Assembly: GCA_963817955.1 (NCBI GenBank)
Contig: CAWFQK010000007.1
Span: forward strand, 32,001 to 96,000
Source: an uncultured Gemmatimonadaceae bacterium
GTDB lineage: Bacteria > Gemmatimonadota > Gemmatimonadetes > Gemmatimonadales > Gemmatimonadaceae
Length of the DNA: 64,000 nucleotides
Reading direction: 5' to 3'
The notes beneath the pieces were generated by a model that was given only the letters and a program-made list of their open reading frames with translations, was not told the origin of the DNA and searched no databases. Made by a program: the position numbers and the translations under genes. Each line of letters begins with the position of its first letter. Position 1 is the first letter of the stretch. Shown piece after piece: positions 9,577 through 20,323 of this stretch.

Positions 9577-11651
9577 CACGACGACTGCTCGACCGCGTCA
9601 CGCGACGACTGGAGCTTCCGAAGGAGCGTGAAGCACGTGCCGCGCGTCTGCTCGAGACCGAGTGGATCGTGACCAACGGACTCGGCGGGTACGCGTCCTC
9701 GACGATGGGCGGCGTGATCACGCGCCGCTATCACGGCCTGCTCGTTGCGGCGCTGCCCAACCCGCTGGGCCGTACCGTGATGCTCAATCACGTCGGGGAG
9801 CGGCTCGTGCTCGACGGACGCAGCACCTATCTCAACAATGAGGAACGCGTTGCGGGGCGGATCGATCCGGCAGTGGCCGATCACGTGAGCGACGTACGGC
9901 TCGAGGCGGGGCTGCCTGTGTGGGAGTATGCGTGGGAAGGCATCCGCTTGGAAAAACGCGTGCTCATGCCGCACCGCCAGAACACGGTCTACATGAGTTA
10001 TCGCTTGTTGGACGGACCGCGGGGCGTGAGCCTCGAGCTTCACCCTGCCGTGCATTTCCGCGGCTATGAAGACCCCGTGGGGAGTATGGCCGACTCACCG
10101 GTCGCAAAGCGGTATGCCATCGCGAGTTCTGGTGATGTGCACGTCATCTCGATCGACGCCGATCTTCCGCCGCTCCGGATACGGATCACTGGCGCGACTC
10201 CTCCGCGGTTCGTGGCGGACGGGCGTGTGACGAGTGAGTTCCTGTATCCGGCGGAAGAGGGCCGCGGATATGAGTTCCGCGGCACCCTATGGACGCCGGG
10301 CCATTTCCTGGTCGAGCTGAGCAGCGAACGACCCGTGACGCTGGTTGCGTCGGTCGAAGCGGAAGACGTGATGCTGGCGTTGTCACCCGAAGATCTCGCG
10401 GCGTGCGAACAGGAACGCCGCCGCCGTCTTCTGGCGACGGCGGCGCCGCACCTTCAAGAGGAAACCGGTGCCGAGCTGGTGCTCGCGGCGGATCAGTTCA
10501 TCATCTCGCCGGCTGGGCGCGTGGCCGATGCCACGCGCGCCGCGGCGATGGGGAACGAGATCCGCACCGTGATCGCCGGTTACCACTGGTTCACCGACTG
10601 GGGTCGCGACACGATGATCAGCCTCGAGGGTCTGACGCTGGTCACGGGGCGCGAACGCGAAGCGGAATTCATCCTGCGGACGTTCGCGCATTACGTGCAG
10701 CACGGCCTACTCCCGAACATGTTCCCGGATGGCAGTAACGAAGGACTCTATCACACCGCCGACGCCTCGCTGTGGTTCTTCCACGCCGTCGAGGCGTACG
10801 TGCGTCGCACGGGTGATGAGGTCATGCTCATGCACCTGCTGCCCGTGATGATCGACATCGCCGACGCGCACATCGCCGGTACGAAGTTCGGCATCGGTGT
10901 GGACCCGACAGACGGCCTGTTGCGACAGGGCGCCGAGGGCTATCAGCTCACCTGGATGGATGCGAAGGTGAACGGGTGGGTCGTCACGCCGCGTCGCGGC
11001 AAGGCGGTCGAGATCAACGCGCTCTGGTACAATGCCCTCCGGCTGCTCGAAGGCTGGCTGACGGCGGTACGCGGTGACGGCGCGGCGGCGACGATTCGAG
11101 CACGCGCCGAACAAGTGTATGAATCTTTCAACAAGCGTTTCTGGATTGCCGACCGTGGGTATCTCTACGACGTGGTAGACGGTGAGGACGGTGACAGCGC
11201 CCTCTGTCGGCCGAACCAGCTCTTCGCGATTTCGTTGGATCATCCGGTCCTCGAGCGGGCGCGATGGGAACCCGTGATGGACGTCGTGCAGCGGCGCTTG
11301 CTCACGCCGGTCGGGCTGCGATCGCTCGCGCCCGGAGAGACGGACTACAAGCCGCGCTACTTTGGCGATCTACGCTCCCGCGACGCCGCGTATCACCAGG
11401 GTACAGTGTGGGCGTGGCTGATCGGTCCCTGGGTCGATGCATGGCTCAAACTGCACCCGGATGACCGCGCCGGCGCACGCCGTTTTCTCGATGGCATGGT
11501 CGCGGCCCTCGGCGAGTTCGGGCTGGGCACGATTGGCGAGGTCTTCGACGCCGAGTCTCCGTACACCCCCCGTGGCTGTATCGCGCAGGCGTGGAGCGTG
11601 GCGGAGGCGCTGCGCTGCTGGGCGAAGACCGCCAGTAATACCGCTACTTGA
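9573..11651 (+). CDS. Amylo-alpha-1,6-glucosidase / glycogen debranching enzyme (GDE_N plus GDE_C)
   Basis: EWIVTNGLGGYAS, RRYHGLL, IAGYHWFTDWGRDTMI, TWMDA, YHQGTVW, AQAWSVAE; ATGA overlap with treZ. Confidence 0.92.
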   Translation: MTRRLLDRVTRRLELPKEREARAARLLETEWIVTNGLGGYASSTMGGVITRRYHGLLVAALPNPLGRTVMLNHVGERLVLDGRSTYLNNEERVAGRIDPAVADHVSDVRLEAGLPVWEYAWEGIRLEKRVLMPHRQNTVYMSYRLLDGPRGVSLELHPAVHFRGYEDPVGSMADSPVAKRYAIASSGDVHVISIDADLPPLRIRITGATPPRFVADGRVTSEFLYPAEEGRGYEFRGTLWTPGHFLVELSSERPVTLVASVEAEDVMLALSPEDLAACEQERRRRLLATAAPHLQEETGAELVLAADQFIISPAGRVADATRAAAMGNEIRTVIAGYHWFTDWGRDTMISLEGLTLVTGREREAEFILRTFAHYVQHGLLPNMFPDGSNEGLYHTADASLWFFHAVEAYVRRTGDEVMLMHLLPVMIDIADAHIAGTKFGIGVDPTDGLLRQGAEGYQLTWMDAKVNGWVVTPRRGKAVEINALWYNALRLLEGWLTAVRGDGAAATIRARAEQVYESFNKRFWIADRGYLYDVVDGEDGDSALCRPNQLFAISLDHPVLERARWEPVMDVVQRRLLTPVGLRSLAPGETDYKPRYFGDLRSRDAAYHQGTVWAWLIGPWVDAWLKLHPDDRAGARRFLDGMVAALGEFGLGTIGEVFDAESPYTPRGCIAQAWSVAEALRCWAKTASNTAT

Positions 11652-11690
11652 TCACACGCAGGCGTTTCTCTTGACCGTTCACTAACGGAG

Positions 11691-13238
11691 ATGGACATGA
11701 CAGAACAGGCGCAGCTCACAGGTCCCGATCTGACCGCCGGTATCGACGCGGCCACCCTGCGTGAAGGGGATAAGCTTCTCGGGCACGCGAACGGCGAGGC
11801 CGTACTATTGGCGCGGGTGAATGGTGCGGTGATGGCCATCGGCGCCACATGCAGCCACTACGGCGGCCCGTTGGCTGACGGCGTGATCGCCGGCGACACG
11901 GTGCGATGCCCCTGGCACCACGCCTGTTTCAGCTTGCGCACGGGTGAGGCGTTACGTGCACCGGCGTTGTCTCCTGTCTCCTGTTGGAATATCGAGGAGC
12001 GCCGTGGAAAGATCGTCGTCGTCGGCAAAATCGATCGTGATCCGCTGGCGGGAACGTATCCCGAACACCTTCATGTGACGATGCCCGCGCACGTCGTGAT
12101 TGTTGGAGCCGGCGCGGCGGGATCGGCCGCTGCCGAAATGCTGCGGCGCTGCGCGTTCACCGGGCGCATTACGATGATCGACGATGATAGCGGCGCGCCC
12201 TACGACCGACCGAATCTCTCCAAGGACTATCTCGCCGGGAACGCTCCGGAGGATTGGATTCCATTGCGGCCTGAAGGATTCTACGCCAAGCATGGCGTGG
12301 AGCTCGTCCGCGACAGAGTCTCACGCCTCGACGTACAGCGGAAGCAGCTCGAGACGACGAGTGGCCAGCACCTGTCGTACGATGCGCTGCTCCTCGCCAC
12401 TGGCGCCGAGCCGGTCCATCTCAAATTGAACGGCGACGACCAGCCCCACGTGCACTATCTGCGGTCGCTCGCCGACAGTCGCACGATCATCGCCGCCGCC
12501 AAAGAGGCCAAGCGAGCGGTGGTGGTGGGCGGGAGCTTCATTGGGCTCGAGGTTGCCGCGTCACTGCGCGCGCGCGACGTCGAGGTGCACGTCGTAGCGC
12601 CCGAGAAGGTGCCGCTCGAGCGCATCGTCGGCGAGCAGCTCGGTGCGTTCATCCGGTCCCTGCACGAGAGCAAAGGCGTGCATTTCCATCTCGGACACAC
12701 GCCACAACGCATCGAAGCGGACGCCGTGGTGCTCGATGACGGATCGCGCCTCGCCGCGGACCTCGTCGTGATCGGTGTGGGCGTACGTCCGCGACTCCAA
12801 CTCGCCGAACAGGCGGGGCTGACGTTGGATCGTGGCGTGGTTGTGAACCAGTACCTCGAGACAAGCGTCCCCGGGATCTATGCAGCGGGCGACATCGCCC
12901 GTTGGCCCGATGCGCATAGCGGCGACAGCATCCGTGTCGAGCACTGGGTCGTGGCGCAGCGCCAGGGTCAGACGGCGGCTCGCAACATTCTTGGCGCGCG
13001 CGAGCGTTTCGATCAGGTGCCGTTCTTCTGGAGTGCGCATTACGACGTGACCATCAACTATGTCGGTCATGCCGAGAAGTGGGATTCGGTCCAGGTGGAC
13101 GGCTCCGCCGCACAGCGCGACGTGGCCGTGCGATTCGTGCGTGGCGGGAAGACGCTCGCATTGGCGACCATTGCCCGAGATGAGGAGAGTCTACGGGAAG
13201 AGCTGACGATGGAGGGCGTCAACGTGGGGCATGTCTAA
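11691..13238 (+). CDS. Rieske [2Fe-2S] / FAD-dependent pyridine nucleotide oxidoreductase fusion
   Basis: CSHYG..CPWHH Rieske ligands; GAGAAG, YDRPNLSK, GGSFIGLE, AAGD, VPFFWS. Confidence 0.9.
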   Translation: MDMTEQAQLTGPDLTAGIDAATLREGDKLLGHANGEAVLLARVNGAVMAIGATCSHYGGPLADGVIAGDTVRCPWHHACFSLRTGEALRAPALSPVSCWNIEERRGKIVVVGKIDRDPLAGTYPEHLHVTMPAHVVIVGAGAAGSAAAEMLRRCAFTGRITMIDDDSGAPYDRPNLSKDYLAGNAPEDWIPLRPEGFYAKHGVELVRDRVSRLDVQRKQLETTSGQHLSYDALLLATGAEPVHLKLNGDDQPHVHYLRSLADSRTIIAAAKEAKRAVVVGGSFIGLEVAASLRARDVEVHVVAPEKVPLERIVGEQLGAFIRSLHESKGVHFHLGHTPQRIEADAVVLDDGSRLAADLVVIGVGVRPRLQLAEQAGLTLDRGVVVNQYLETSVPGIYAAGDIARWPDAHSGDSIRVEHWVVAQRQGQTAARNILGARERFDQVPFFWSAHYDVTINYVGHAEKWDSVQVDGSAAQRDVAVRFVRGGKTLALATIARDEESLREELTMEGVNVGHV

Positions 13239-13243
13239 TGGTC

Positions 13244-13285
13244 ACGGGACACGGGACACGGGACACGGGACAACGGGACACGCAC
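13244..13285 (+). repeat. Heptamer tandem repeat (ACGGGAC)x5
   Basis: Directly visible just after the oxidoreductase stop codon. Confidence 0.9.
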
Positions 13286-13439
13286 AACTCATCACTGGAA
13301 ACTCGAACCTCGCCGACCGGCGGCCCGACCGTTACGGAGCCGCCAGCGACATCCCGCTTAACGGACTGTTGAAATAGTGCTGGACAGGAGTCAGATCAGT
13401 TCGAGGGCCGGACGGCGTTTTCTAGCGCAGACGGCGCAA

Positions 13440-13852
13440 CAGCCTTTTAACGCAGAGGACGCAGAGAACTGCAAGAGGTCGCAGAGAACTGCAAGCGAAC
13501 TGCAAGAGAACTGCAAGAGAACTGCAAAAGAGAACTGCAAAAGAGAACTGCAAAAGAGAACTGAAAAAGGAAACTGCAAAGAGAACTGTAATCGTACGGA
13601 AGAGGGAAGCGCGTATCGGTGGAATGAATCGTGATTGCCAAGTCCACAATCATTCCGCCTATCGTTGACGATCCCGACCTGGGCGATACCATCGGAGCGT
13701 CACGACGGCATCAGCCAAGACTTCCAGGCGAGACAATCCTTCGCGGTCCTCTGCAGTTCTCTGCGTTCTCCTGCAGTTCTCTGCGACCTCTGCGTTCAAA
13801 GGCTGGTCTATCGTTGACAGAGATCCTTCGCTTCGCTCAAGGATGACAGGCA
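13440..13852 (-). mobile_element. Composite MITE/REP-like element, copy 1: long terminal inverted repeats with GAGAACTGCA arrays plus a flanking GTCATCC(T)TGAGCGAAGCGAAGGATCT module
   Basis: Left arm CAGCCTTTTAACGCAGAGGACGCAGAGAACTGCA (13440) is inverted at the right arm ending 13805; a homologous copy lies at 31985-32325 in opposite orientation; mobility is inferred. Confidence 0.7.
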
Positions 13853-13875
13853 TCCCGTGTCGCCTGTCCCGTGTC

Positions 13876-16800
13876 TTACGGTGCTCTGTAGTACCGCAAG
13901 CCGCTCATCCCGCGCCTGAAACCGGCGGCGCGAAACGCATCGAGATGCCGACTCGTGCTCGCCGGCCGACCGTCGATGATCTCGATGGCAAGGTCTCGCG
14001 TCGTCCGCGCGCTCAGGTGCTGTACCAACGATTGCGCGGCGCGCGCAACGTCTGCATCGGACGTGTCCGGACGGACGGCGATGCGGGTGCCTCGCGTTTC
14101 GGCGATCATGACGACGGTGCCGTTGATCGTGACAAGTAGCGCACCGCGGCTGTGCGGCCGCACGAATGCATCGCGCGCCGCGTCCTGCGGCATTGGGAGG
14201 GGGTAGACGTTCGCTGGATCTGCAGCCGACAGGACGATTGGCGCCGCGTCGGCCGCGTCGGTCGCCCGCAGCAACTCGATCGCCTCTGGAAGCGCGAACT
14301 GGGCGCCGGATAATCCGCGCACGAAGTATCCTCGACGCACGTCGCCGCGAAACTCGAGCCGCTTGAGCTCCCGGTAGATCGCGCGCCAGCCGATCGCCGG
14401 ACGCTCGCGCCGCCAGATCTCGCGTGAGACAATGCCATATCGATCGAGCCACTGGCGGGCAATCATCTCTCCCCACACGCTCTCATCCGCTTGTGGGCCC
14501 ATCACTCGCGGGGCGCGGACCAGCGACCATCGGCCCGGCCAGTGTGCGGCGTCGGCGCCTTCTCTTTCCGGCCGCTTCCACTTTGGCAGTCGGCGGAGAT
14601 TCGGTCGGCGTTGCACCACGTGCCGGTCGCCCGACGGTGTGAAGTCGGCGGGTAGCCAACGAGTTGGATCGGGCTGATTGTGATCGCGAGATGTCACCGT
14701 CGGTCGCCAGCGAACGACGAGCCGGAGCGCATCCACCGTGTCGTTGGTCGCGAGTCCGGCGCCCGCAAGCTCGCGCAACGCATCTCGCAGATCGCGCGCG
14801 GTGAGGGTGGTGCTGGCGAGCAACTCGTCGAAGAACGACGCACCAGCGGTCTGAAGTGTGTCGGCCACACGCTGCGCGTGTTCGCTCAGCGACGGTGTGT
14901 CCGCCGTATTGATCCAGGCGCGCGCCGTCCCACGCTTCACGAAACGAACGGTGGACAGGGTTCCCGGCTCGTCCACTGCGCGCGTGTTACCGCCAATCCA
15001 TACGAGCTCGCCGAGCGCCATCATCCTTGAAATCACATCGCCGTCGTAGGCGTCGACGCGAGACGGTAGAATCTCTCGCTCCCAGTGTTCGGCAGGGCGG
15101 GCGAGCCCGTACATCTGTCGAACGACAGTCATGGTGCCCTCGTCGCCACTGAGTCTGGTGCGCGGAGCGAGGTGCTGCCAGTGCTCGAGGAACAGTGAAA
15201 AGCGGCTGAGCTCTACTGCCTCTATTTGCTTGCGTGCCTGTGCGAGCTCGCGCCGACGTGCTTGCTCCAGCAGCCTCCGAGTACACCAGCGGGCCGTACT
15301 CGTGTCACCGCCGAATGCGCCGCGCACTAGCTTGCCGGTGCGTGTCCATTCCTCGAGACGGTCGTGCACCCATTCGGCATCGAAGGCATAACGCGTCAGC
15401 ACATCTTCGAGTGATATTGCACCGGCGAGCGACACGAATTTCACCAGCAACTCGCGCCGCGCAGCGGTTGCCGTAAGCGCCGACTGCCGAAGCGCCTCTG
15501 GCACGGCCAGATTCGCCGGGCGAGGCTCGAGCGCCGATCCGACGAAGACGCTGGACGTGGCGCCCTCCCCGAATGCGGCGCAGTAGCGGCCGTACGTCTC
15601 GGTGAGGATGAGCCGACGTTCCGTTCCGCCCCCGCCAACCGGGATGTCGATGCCCACGACGCGGCCGCGCTCGAGGAGTTCGTGCATCGGATCGCCGCGA
15701 CGTCCGTCTTCGATTGACGCAACACGCTCGTGCAACTCCTCTGGCGTGAGATCGGACGCCCGATCGAGCAGCGCCGCGAGCTCGTCGGCGGTGCGCGCCC
15801 GTGAGCCCGGGGCGGTGCCTCGTCGCCGCGCGAGAATTGCATCGAGCATGACGAGCGTCGAGTCATCCGCACCTTCACCGCCCATCAGTTCATCGAGCAG
15901 CGCGCGGTCGAGCGAGAGCAACGCCGCGCGCTGCTCGGCGCGCGGGGCGTCGTCGGCGTACATCCAGTCCATCACGAAGCCGAACTGGAGCGATGCGGCG
16001 AAGGGCGACGGCACGTCCATCTCGACGGAACGCAGCGAGATGTTGCCGGTCGCGAGATCGTTGAGCACACGTGTGAGCGCGGGCAGGTCAAAGGCGTCCT
16101 GCAAGACGTCGCGGTAGGTCTCTACCAGAATTGGAAAGGACGGGAATTCCTGCACGGCCTGCAGCAAGTCGGCCGCTTTCAGTCGCTGCAACCAGAGTGG
16201 CATGCGCCGGCGCGGATTACCGCGCGGCAGGAGCAGGGCGCGCGCGGCGTTCATACGGAAGCGCGCGCCGAATAGCGACGAGGTTCCGATTTCGGCGATC
16301 ACCCGTCGCTGCGCGTCGTCAGCGCTCATGTCGCGCAGCACTGCCACCGGCAGCCACTCGCGCAAGTTGGGCAACCGCAGCATGATGCCGTCGTCGGTCG
16401 TCTGGACCTGGATCTCAAAGGTTCGCGCACCCTGGCCGCCCAGCCACTCGCGCACACGGTTCGCCAACGCCATTCCCCAGGGCGCATTCACGCGGCCGCC
16501 GAACGGCGCGTGGATCACAACGCGAAGGGAATCACTCTCGTCGCGGAACTGCTCCACGACGATCGCGCGCTCATCGGGCACCGTCCCCGTAGCGGCGCGC
16601 TGCTGATGCACGTATTCGACGAGCGATCCCGTGGTGGCTTCGTCGGCGTGATACGTATGTGCCAGCACGGTGATCTGCTCGGTCGTTCGCACGGCATCGA
16701 GCTCGCGCCGCAGCTCGCCAATGCGCTGCGCCAAGTGCGCCGACCGCGCCGAATACTCGCCATGCCAGAAAGGCATGCGTGCTGGTGCGCCGGGCGCCGG

Positions 16801-18439
16801 CGTCACGATGACGCGATCGTGCTCGATCGCGTTGACCCGCCAGGTGGAGGATCCCAGTTGAAATACATCGCCCACGCGCGTCTCGTGCACGAACTCTTCA
16901 TCGAGTTCGCCGAGGCGCGTGCGGTCGGGCAGATTGACCGTGTAGAGCCCGCGATCGGGAATCGTTCCGCCGGACATGATAGCGACCATGCGCGCGCCAC
17001 GCGCCGCGAGCAGCATATCGGTGATACGGTCCCAGTGCAGTCGCGCGTCGAGCTCGGCCGCGACATCAGATAGGATATTTGCCGGCGAGCATCGACAAGA
17101 CTTCGTCGAACGCGCCGCGCGAGAGCTCGTGATACGGGTACGCCAAGCGCACCATGTCGAACAATGCGGCGCTCGTCCAATCGTCGTCCGCGGCGACGAT
17201 CGCGACGATCACCTGGGCCAGGACATCGAGTGCGTTCTGTACGATTCGCGTCGGCTCCACGTCGCCCTCGTGCATGGCGCGCACGACGGCAAGCAACTCC
17301 ATGGCGTCGTCGCGAAACGTGGGTACGAACACACCGCGACTCACGGCATCGAGTGAGTGGCCGGCGCGCCCGACGCGCTGTAGTCCGTTCGCGACGCGTT
17401 TGGGCGACTGCAGTTGGAGTACGAGATCAACGGACCCAATATCGATCCCCAACTCGAGAGAGCTCGTGCTGACGAGTGCGCGCACGCTACCGGCCTTGAG
17501 TGACTGCTCGAGCATCAGACGCCGCTCGCGCGATAGCGATCCGTGATACGGCAGCGCGAGCTCCTCGCCTGCCAGCGCGTTGATGCGCGCCGCCACTTTT
17601 TCGGCCTGCGCGCGATTGTTGACGAATACGAGCGTCGTGCGGGCACTGCGCATCTGCCGCAGCACCAGCGGCGTAATCGACGACCAGATGGTACTGCCGA
17701 CGTGCGCCAGATCTTCCACAGGCGACTGGACGGAGATCTCGACCTGTTTCACGAGCCCGCAGTCGACACTGCGGCAGGGGCGGGCACCGCCGGCGAGAAA
17801 GCGGGCAATTTCGTCCAGCGGCTTCTGTGTAGCTGACAACCCAATGCGCTGCGGCGATTGCTGGCACAGGCGCTCGAGCCGCTCGAGCGTGAGCGCGAGG
17901 TGCGCGCCGCGCTTCGTTCCGGCAATCGCGTGAATTTCGTCCACGATCACCGCCCGCACGCCGCTGAACATGCCGCGGCCGCGCAGCGTCGTCAGCATGA
18001 TGTGCAACGACTCCGGGGTAGTGATCAGGATGTGCGGCGACTTGCGAATCATTCGTGCGCGCGCTGACGCCGGCGTGTCGCCCGTACGCACGGCGACACG
18101 AATATCAGGAAATGCCTGGCCCGCTTGGGCAAAGCGCTCGCGCAGTTCAGCGAGCGGCCGCTCGAGATTGCGCTGCATGTCGTTGTTCAGCGCCTTGAGC
18201 GGCGACACGTACAGGATGTGAACGGCATTGCCGAGTGGCGCGCGCAGCCCGTCGACAATGAGCTGGTTCAGCTCCCAGAGAAACGCGGCGAGTGTCTTGC
18301 CCGTGCCGGTCGGCGCCAGGATGAGTGTATGCTCACCAGTCGCGATTGCCGGCCATCCCTCGCGCTGCGGCGGACTTGGCGCACCGAGCGTGTCGCGGAA
18401 CCAGGCGCGAACGAGCGGGTGAAATTGGCGGAGGGACAC
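13876..18439 (-). pseudogene. lhr: Lhr-family ATP-dependent SF2 helicase, split by a single +1 frameshift near 17070 (pseudogene or assembly error)
   Basis: APTGTGKT, TTPESL, DEIH, GLSAT, QRVGRAGH in 17066-18439; GGTIPDRG, GELDEEFV, RRGYFV..GAQFA in 13876-17016; removing one base restores LAGKYPSDVAAELDARLHWDR. Confidence 0.85.
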
Positions 18440-18464
18440 GCGATGGCTGGAGGCTCGCGTATCC

Positions 18465-19364
18465 CTAGCTCATCACGATCGGCTGCGAGAGCGTGATCCT
18501 CATTGGGGCGCCAGCGGGTAGGCAGGCCTCCCACTTCTCCCCCGATTTCGCGACGGCGGCACCGGCCGCGGCACCGGCGGCAGCCCCGATGACCGTTCCT
18601 TTCGTATTGTGACCGATCATCTGGCCGAGGATCGCCCCAGCGATCGCGCCGCCGATCACCTTTTTCTTGTCAGCGTTCGGATCGACGTTTGCCACCTTCG
18701 CGCGATCGAGTGGTGCGAGTGGCTCGACGTTGCCGGCAGCGTCGTAGGTCCTGTCGTTCACCACCACAGCACGCACGCGGAAGGTGATCTGCGCGGCCTG
18801 CCCGTTGTCGCCTGGATTCACCGACGCAACCTCGAGTACGACATTCGAGCCGGCGGGAATGACCGCGCCGTTGGCGCCCGTCACAGACTCATTCACGGTT
18901 GCCACGAGCTTGTCGCCCGGCAGGTTCGTATTCGTACACACCTTCGATCCGCTCGTCAGGGCGAAGCCGGTGCCGGCACCGATCTCCCCGTGCGCAACCG
19001 TGGCAGCGGGGCCTTGCGAGACCGGAGTGGGTGCTGGCATTGGCGAAACAGATGGATGTGGCGCGGGCCTCTGAGCGACACGCGGTGCTTCGCGCCTCGG
19101 TGCCTGAGTGCGCGCGCGAACCGGTGCGGGAGTCTCCCGGTGTGCACGGCCGGTCGGCGTCGGCGTCGGCGCCGGCGCGATTGCCGTGTCCTGGAACGTG
19201 GGCTGTTGCGTCTGGGTGCCGGCGAGCGCGAGATCGCGCGCAAGCGAGGAGTCCGTATCCGCGGACTTGGACCTGTCGCTGCACGCTGCTGCGGCGACGA
19301 GTACGGCACCTGCCGACCACGCGCGTAGCGCACGCGTACGCGCCAGCTTGGTCGTCGAGATCAT
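18465..19364 (-). CDS. Putative lipoprotein with Pro-rich linker and C-terminal glycine zipper
   Basis: Lipobox AAAC; GGAIAGAILGQMIG..GTVIGAAAGAAAG. Confidence 0.75.
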   Translation of the reverse strand: MISTTKLARTRALRAWSAGAVLVAAAACSDRSKSADTDSSLARDLALAGTQTQQPTFQDTAIAPAPTPTPTGRAHRETPAPVRARTQAPRREAPRVAQRPAPHPSVSPMPAPTPVSQGPAATVAHGEIGAGTGFALTSGSKVCTNTNLPGDKLVATVNESVTGANGAVIPAGSNVVLEVASVNPGDNGQAAQITFRVRAVVVNDRTYDAAGNVEPLAPLDRAKVANVDPNADKKKVIGGAIAGAILGQMIGHNTKGTVIGAAAGAAAGAAVAKSGEKWEACLPAGAPMRITLSQPIVMS

Positions 19365-19469
19365 GAGAAGCTCCGGATTAGTAGGCGACGCCTATACCCC
19401 GCCGAAACGGTCGAGTTTCGGTAATACTGCGTTGTCAAAGGAGTGGGGAAAGCGGCGGAATCGCGTCGC

Positions 19470-20222
19470 TCAGTCCGCCAGCCTCATACCATGGGTGCCG
19501 CCGGCGTCATCGTTCAGAGCGCAGAAACTGTAGGGTGCGCGCGGCCCAATGACCAGGAAACGGGAATCACGGTTTGGCACCACGCCGGAGACCGCCTGTC
19601 GGTACCGTTCCACATCGGCGCGCCGAATGAGGTGTGATATGGTGCGGAGCGGCAGTGGGGTCACCTTTTCGTGAAGCGCTGACCTGCAGACGAAGGCACG
19701 CGTCGCATGCGCCAGTCGCGCCGCCAACTCCCCGGTCGTGGTGCTGACCGCTCCGGTCGATGCCTCTCGCGATCGCAGCGTTTCAACGTACCGGCGCCCG
19801 CCGCCCGGCCGGTCTGGCTTGACCATCTCGACAAGCACCGGCTCCAGATCGGCGAGCATCCTGTGGGTGGACGGAGTGATGAGCAAAGTCATTTCGACGA
19901 ACCCTTGCATGTTCGCGAGCAGCGACTCCACCGAGGCCGCGCGGCTGACAATCGCTGCACGGCAGGCGTCATCGTCGAGGAAGCGCTGTCCGAACCGCGC
20001 CGGTACCGGTGTGGAGCCGGTTTCGAGCGCAGCTTCGACGACCGCGTCGTGCGCGCTCACGCCATCAACCGATAGCGGAATTTCGCGCGCGATGTCGCTC
20101 ACCCATGCGACGAGACTGTCGACGGGCAGGGCGCGAACCCGTTCGCCCTCCACGCCACTCAGTCCCAGTGGGATGGCGCCCCGCACCTCGTGCGGCAATA
20201 CGCAGTACAAATGTGTGCTCAT
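19470..20222 (-). CDS. GvpL/GvpF-family protein
   Basis: HLYCV N-terminus, HDAVVEAAL..TPVPARFG, GFVEMTL, GPRAPYSF C-terminus; start MSTHLY (20222) with GGAG upstream. Confidence 0.8.
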   Translation of the reverse strand: MSTHLYCVLPHEVRGAIPLGLSGVEGERVRALPVDSLVAWVSDIAREIPLSVDGVSAHDAVVEAALETGSTPVPARFGQRFLDDDACRAAIVSRAASVESLLANMQGFVEMTLLITPSTHRMLADLEPVLVEMVKPDRPGGGRRYVETLRSREASTGAVSTTTGELAARLAHATRAFVCRSALHEKVTPLPLRTISHLIRRADVERYRQAVSGVVPNRDSRFLVIGPRAPYSFCALNDDAGGTHGMRLAD

Positions 20223-20286
20223 CACGGCTCCGCTGACTTCCTCTGCGCAAACCTGTCGCGCGGCGCTCTCCGGTGGAAGAGGGACG

Positions 20287-20301
20287 GCATACATCGTACC
20301 C
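20287..20301 (-). promoter_or_regulatory. Candidate sigma54 promoter for the GvpL/F gene
   Basis: Minus strand GGGTACGATGTATGC = GG-N10-GC, resembling TGGCACG-N4-TTGC. Confidence 0.4.
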
Positions 20302-20323
20302 GGGATAGTGTCCCGTGTCCGCG

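Noticed and set aside
13363..13377. GGACTGTTGAAATAG resembling an IS terminal repeat
   Set aside because: No partner inverted end or transposase found nearby; too short to support
13460..13590. GAGAACTGCA arrays here and at 32050-32300 as a CRISPR array
   Set aside because: Units are 10-13 nt and directly tandem with no unique spacers; no cas genes in the window
13377..13853. Short ORFs on both strands over the repeat element (and 32167-32358)
   Set aside because: Translations (ENCKRTA.., LQFS..) simply reflect the DNA repeat; no recognisable protein family
17060..17085. Programmed frameshift in lhr
   Set aside because: No slippery heptamer, homopolymer run or evident stimulatory structure
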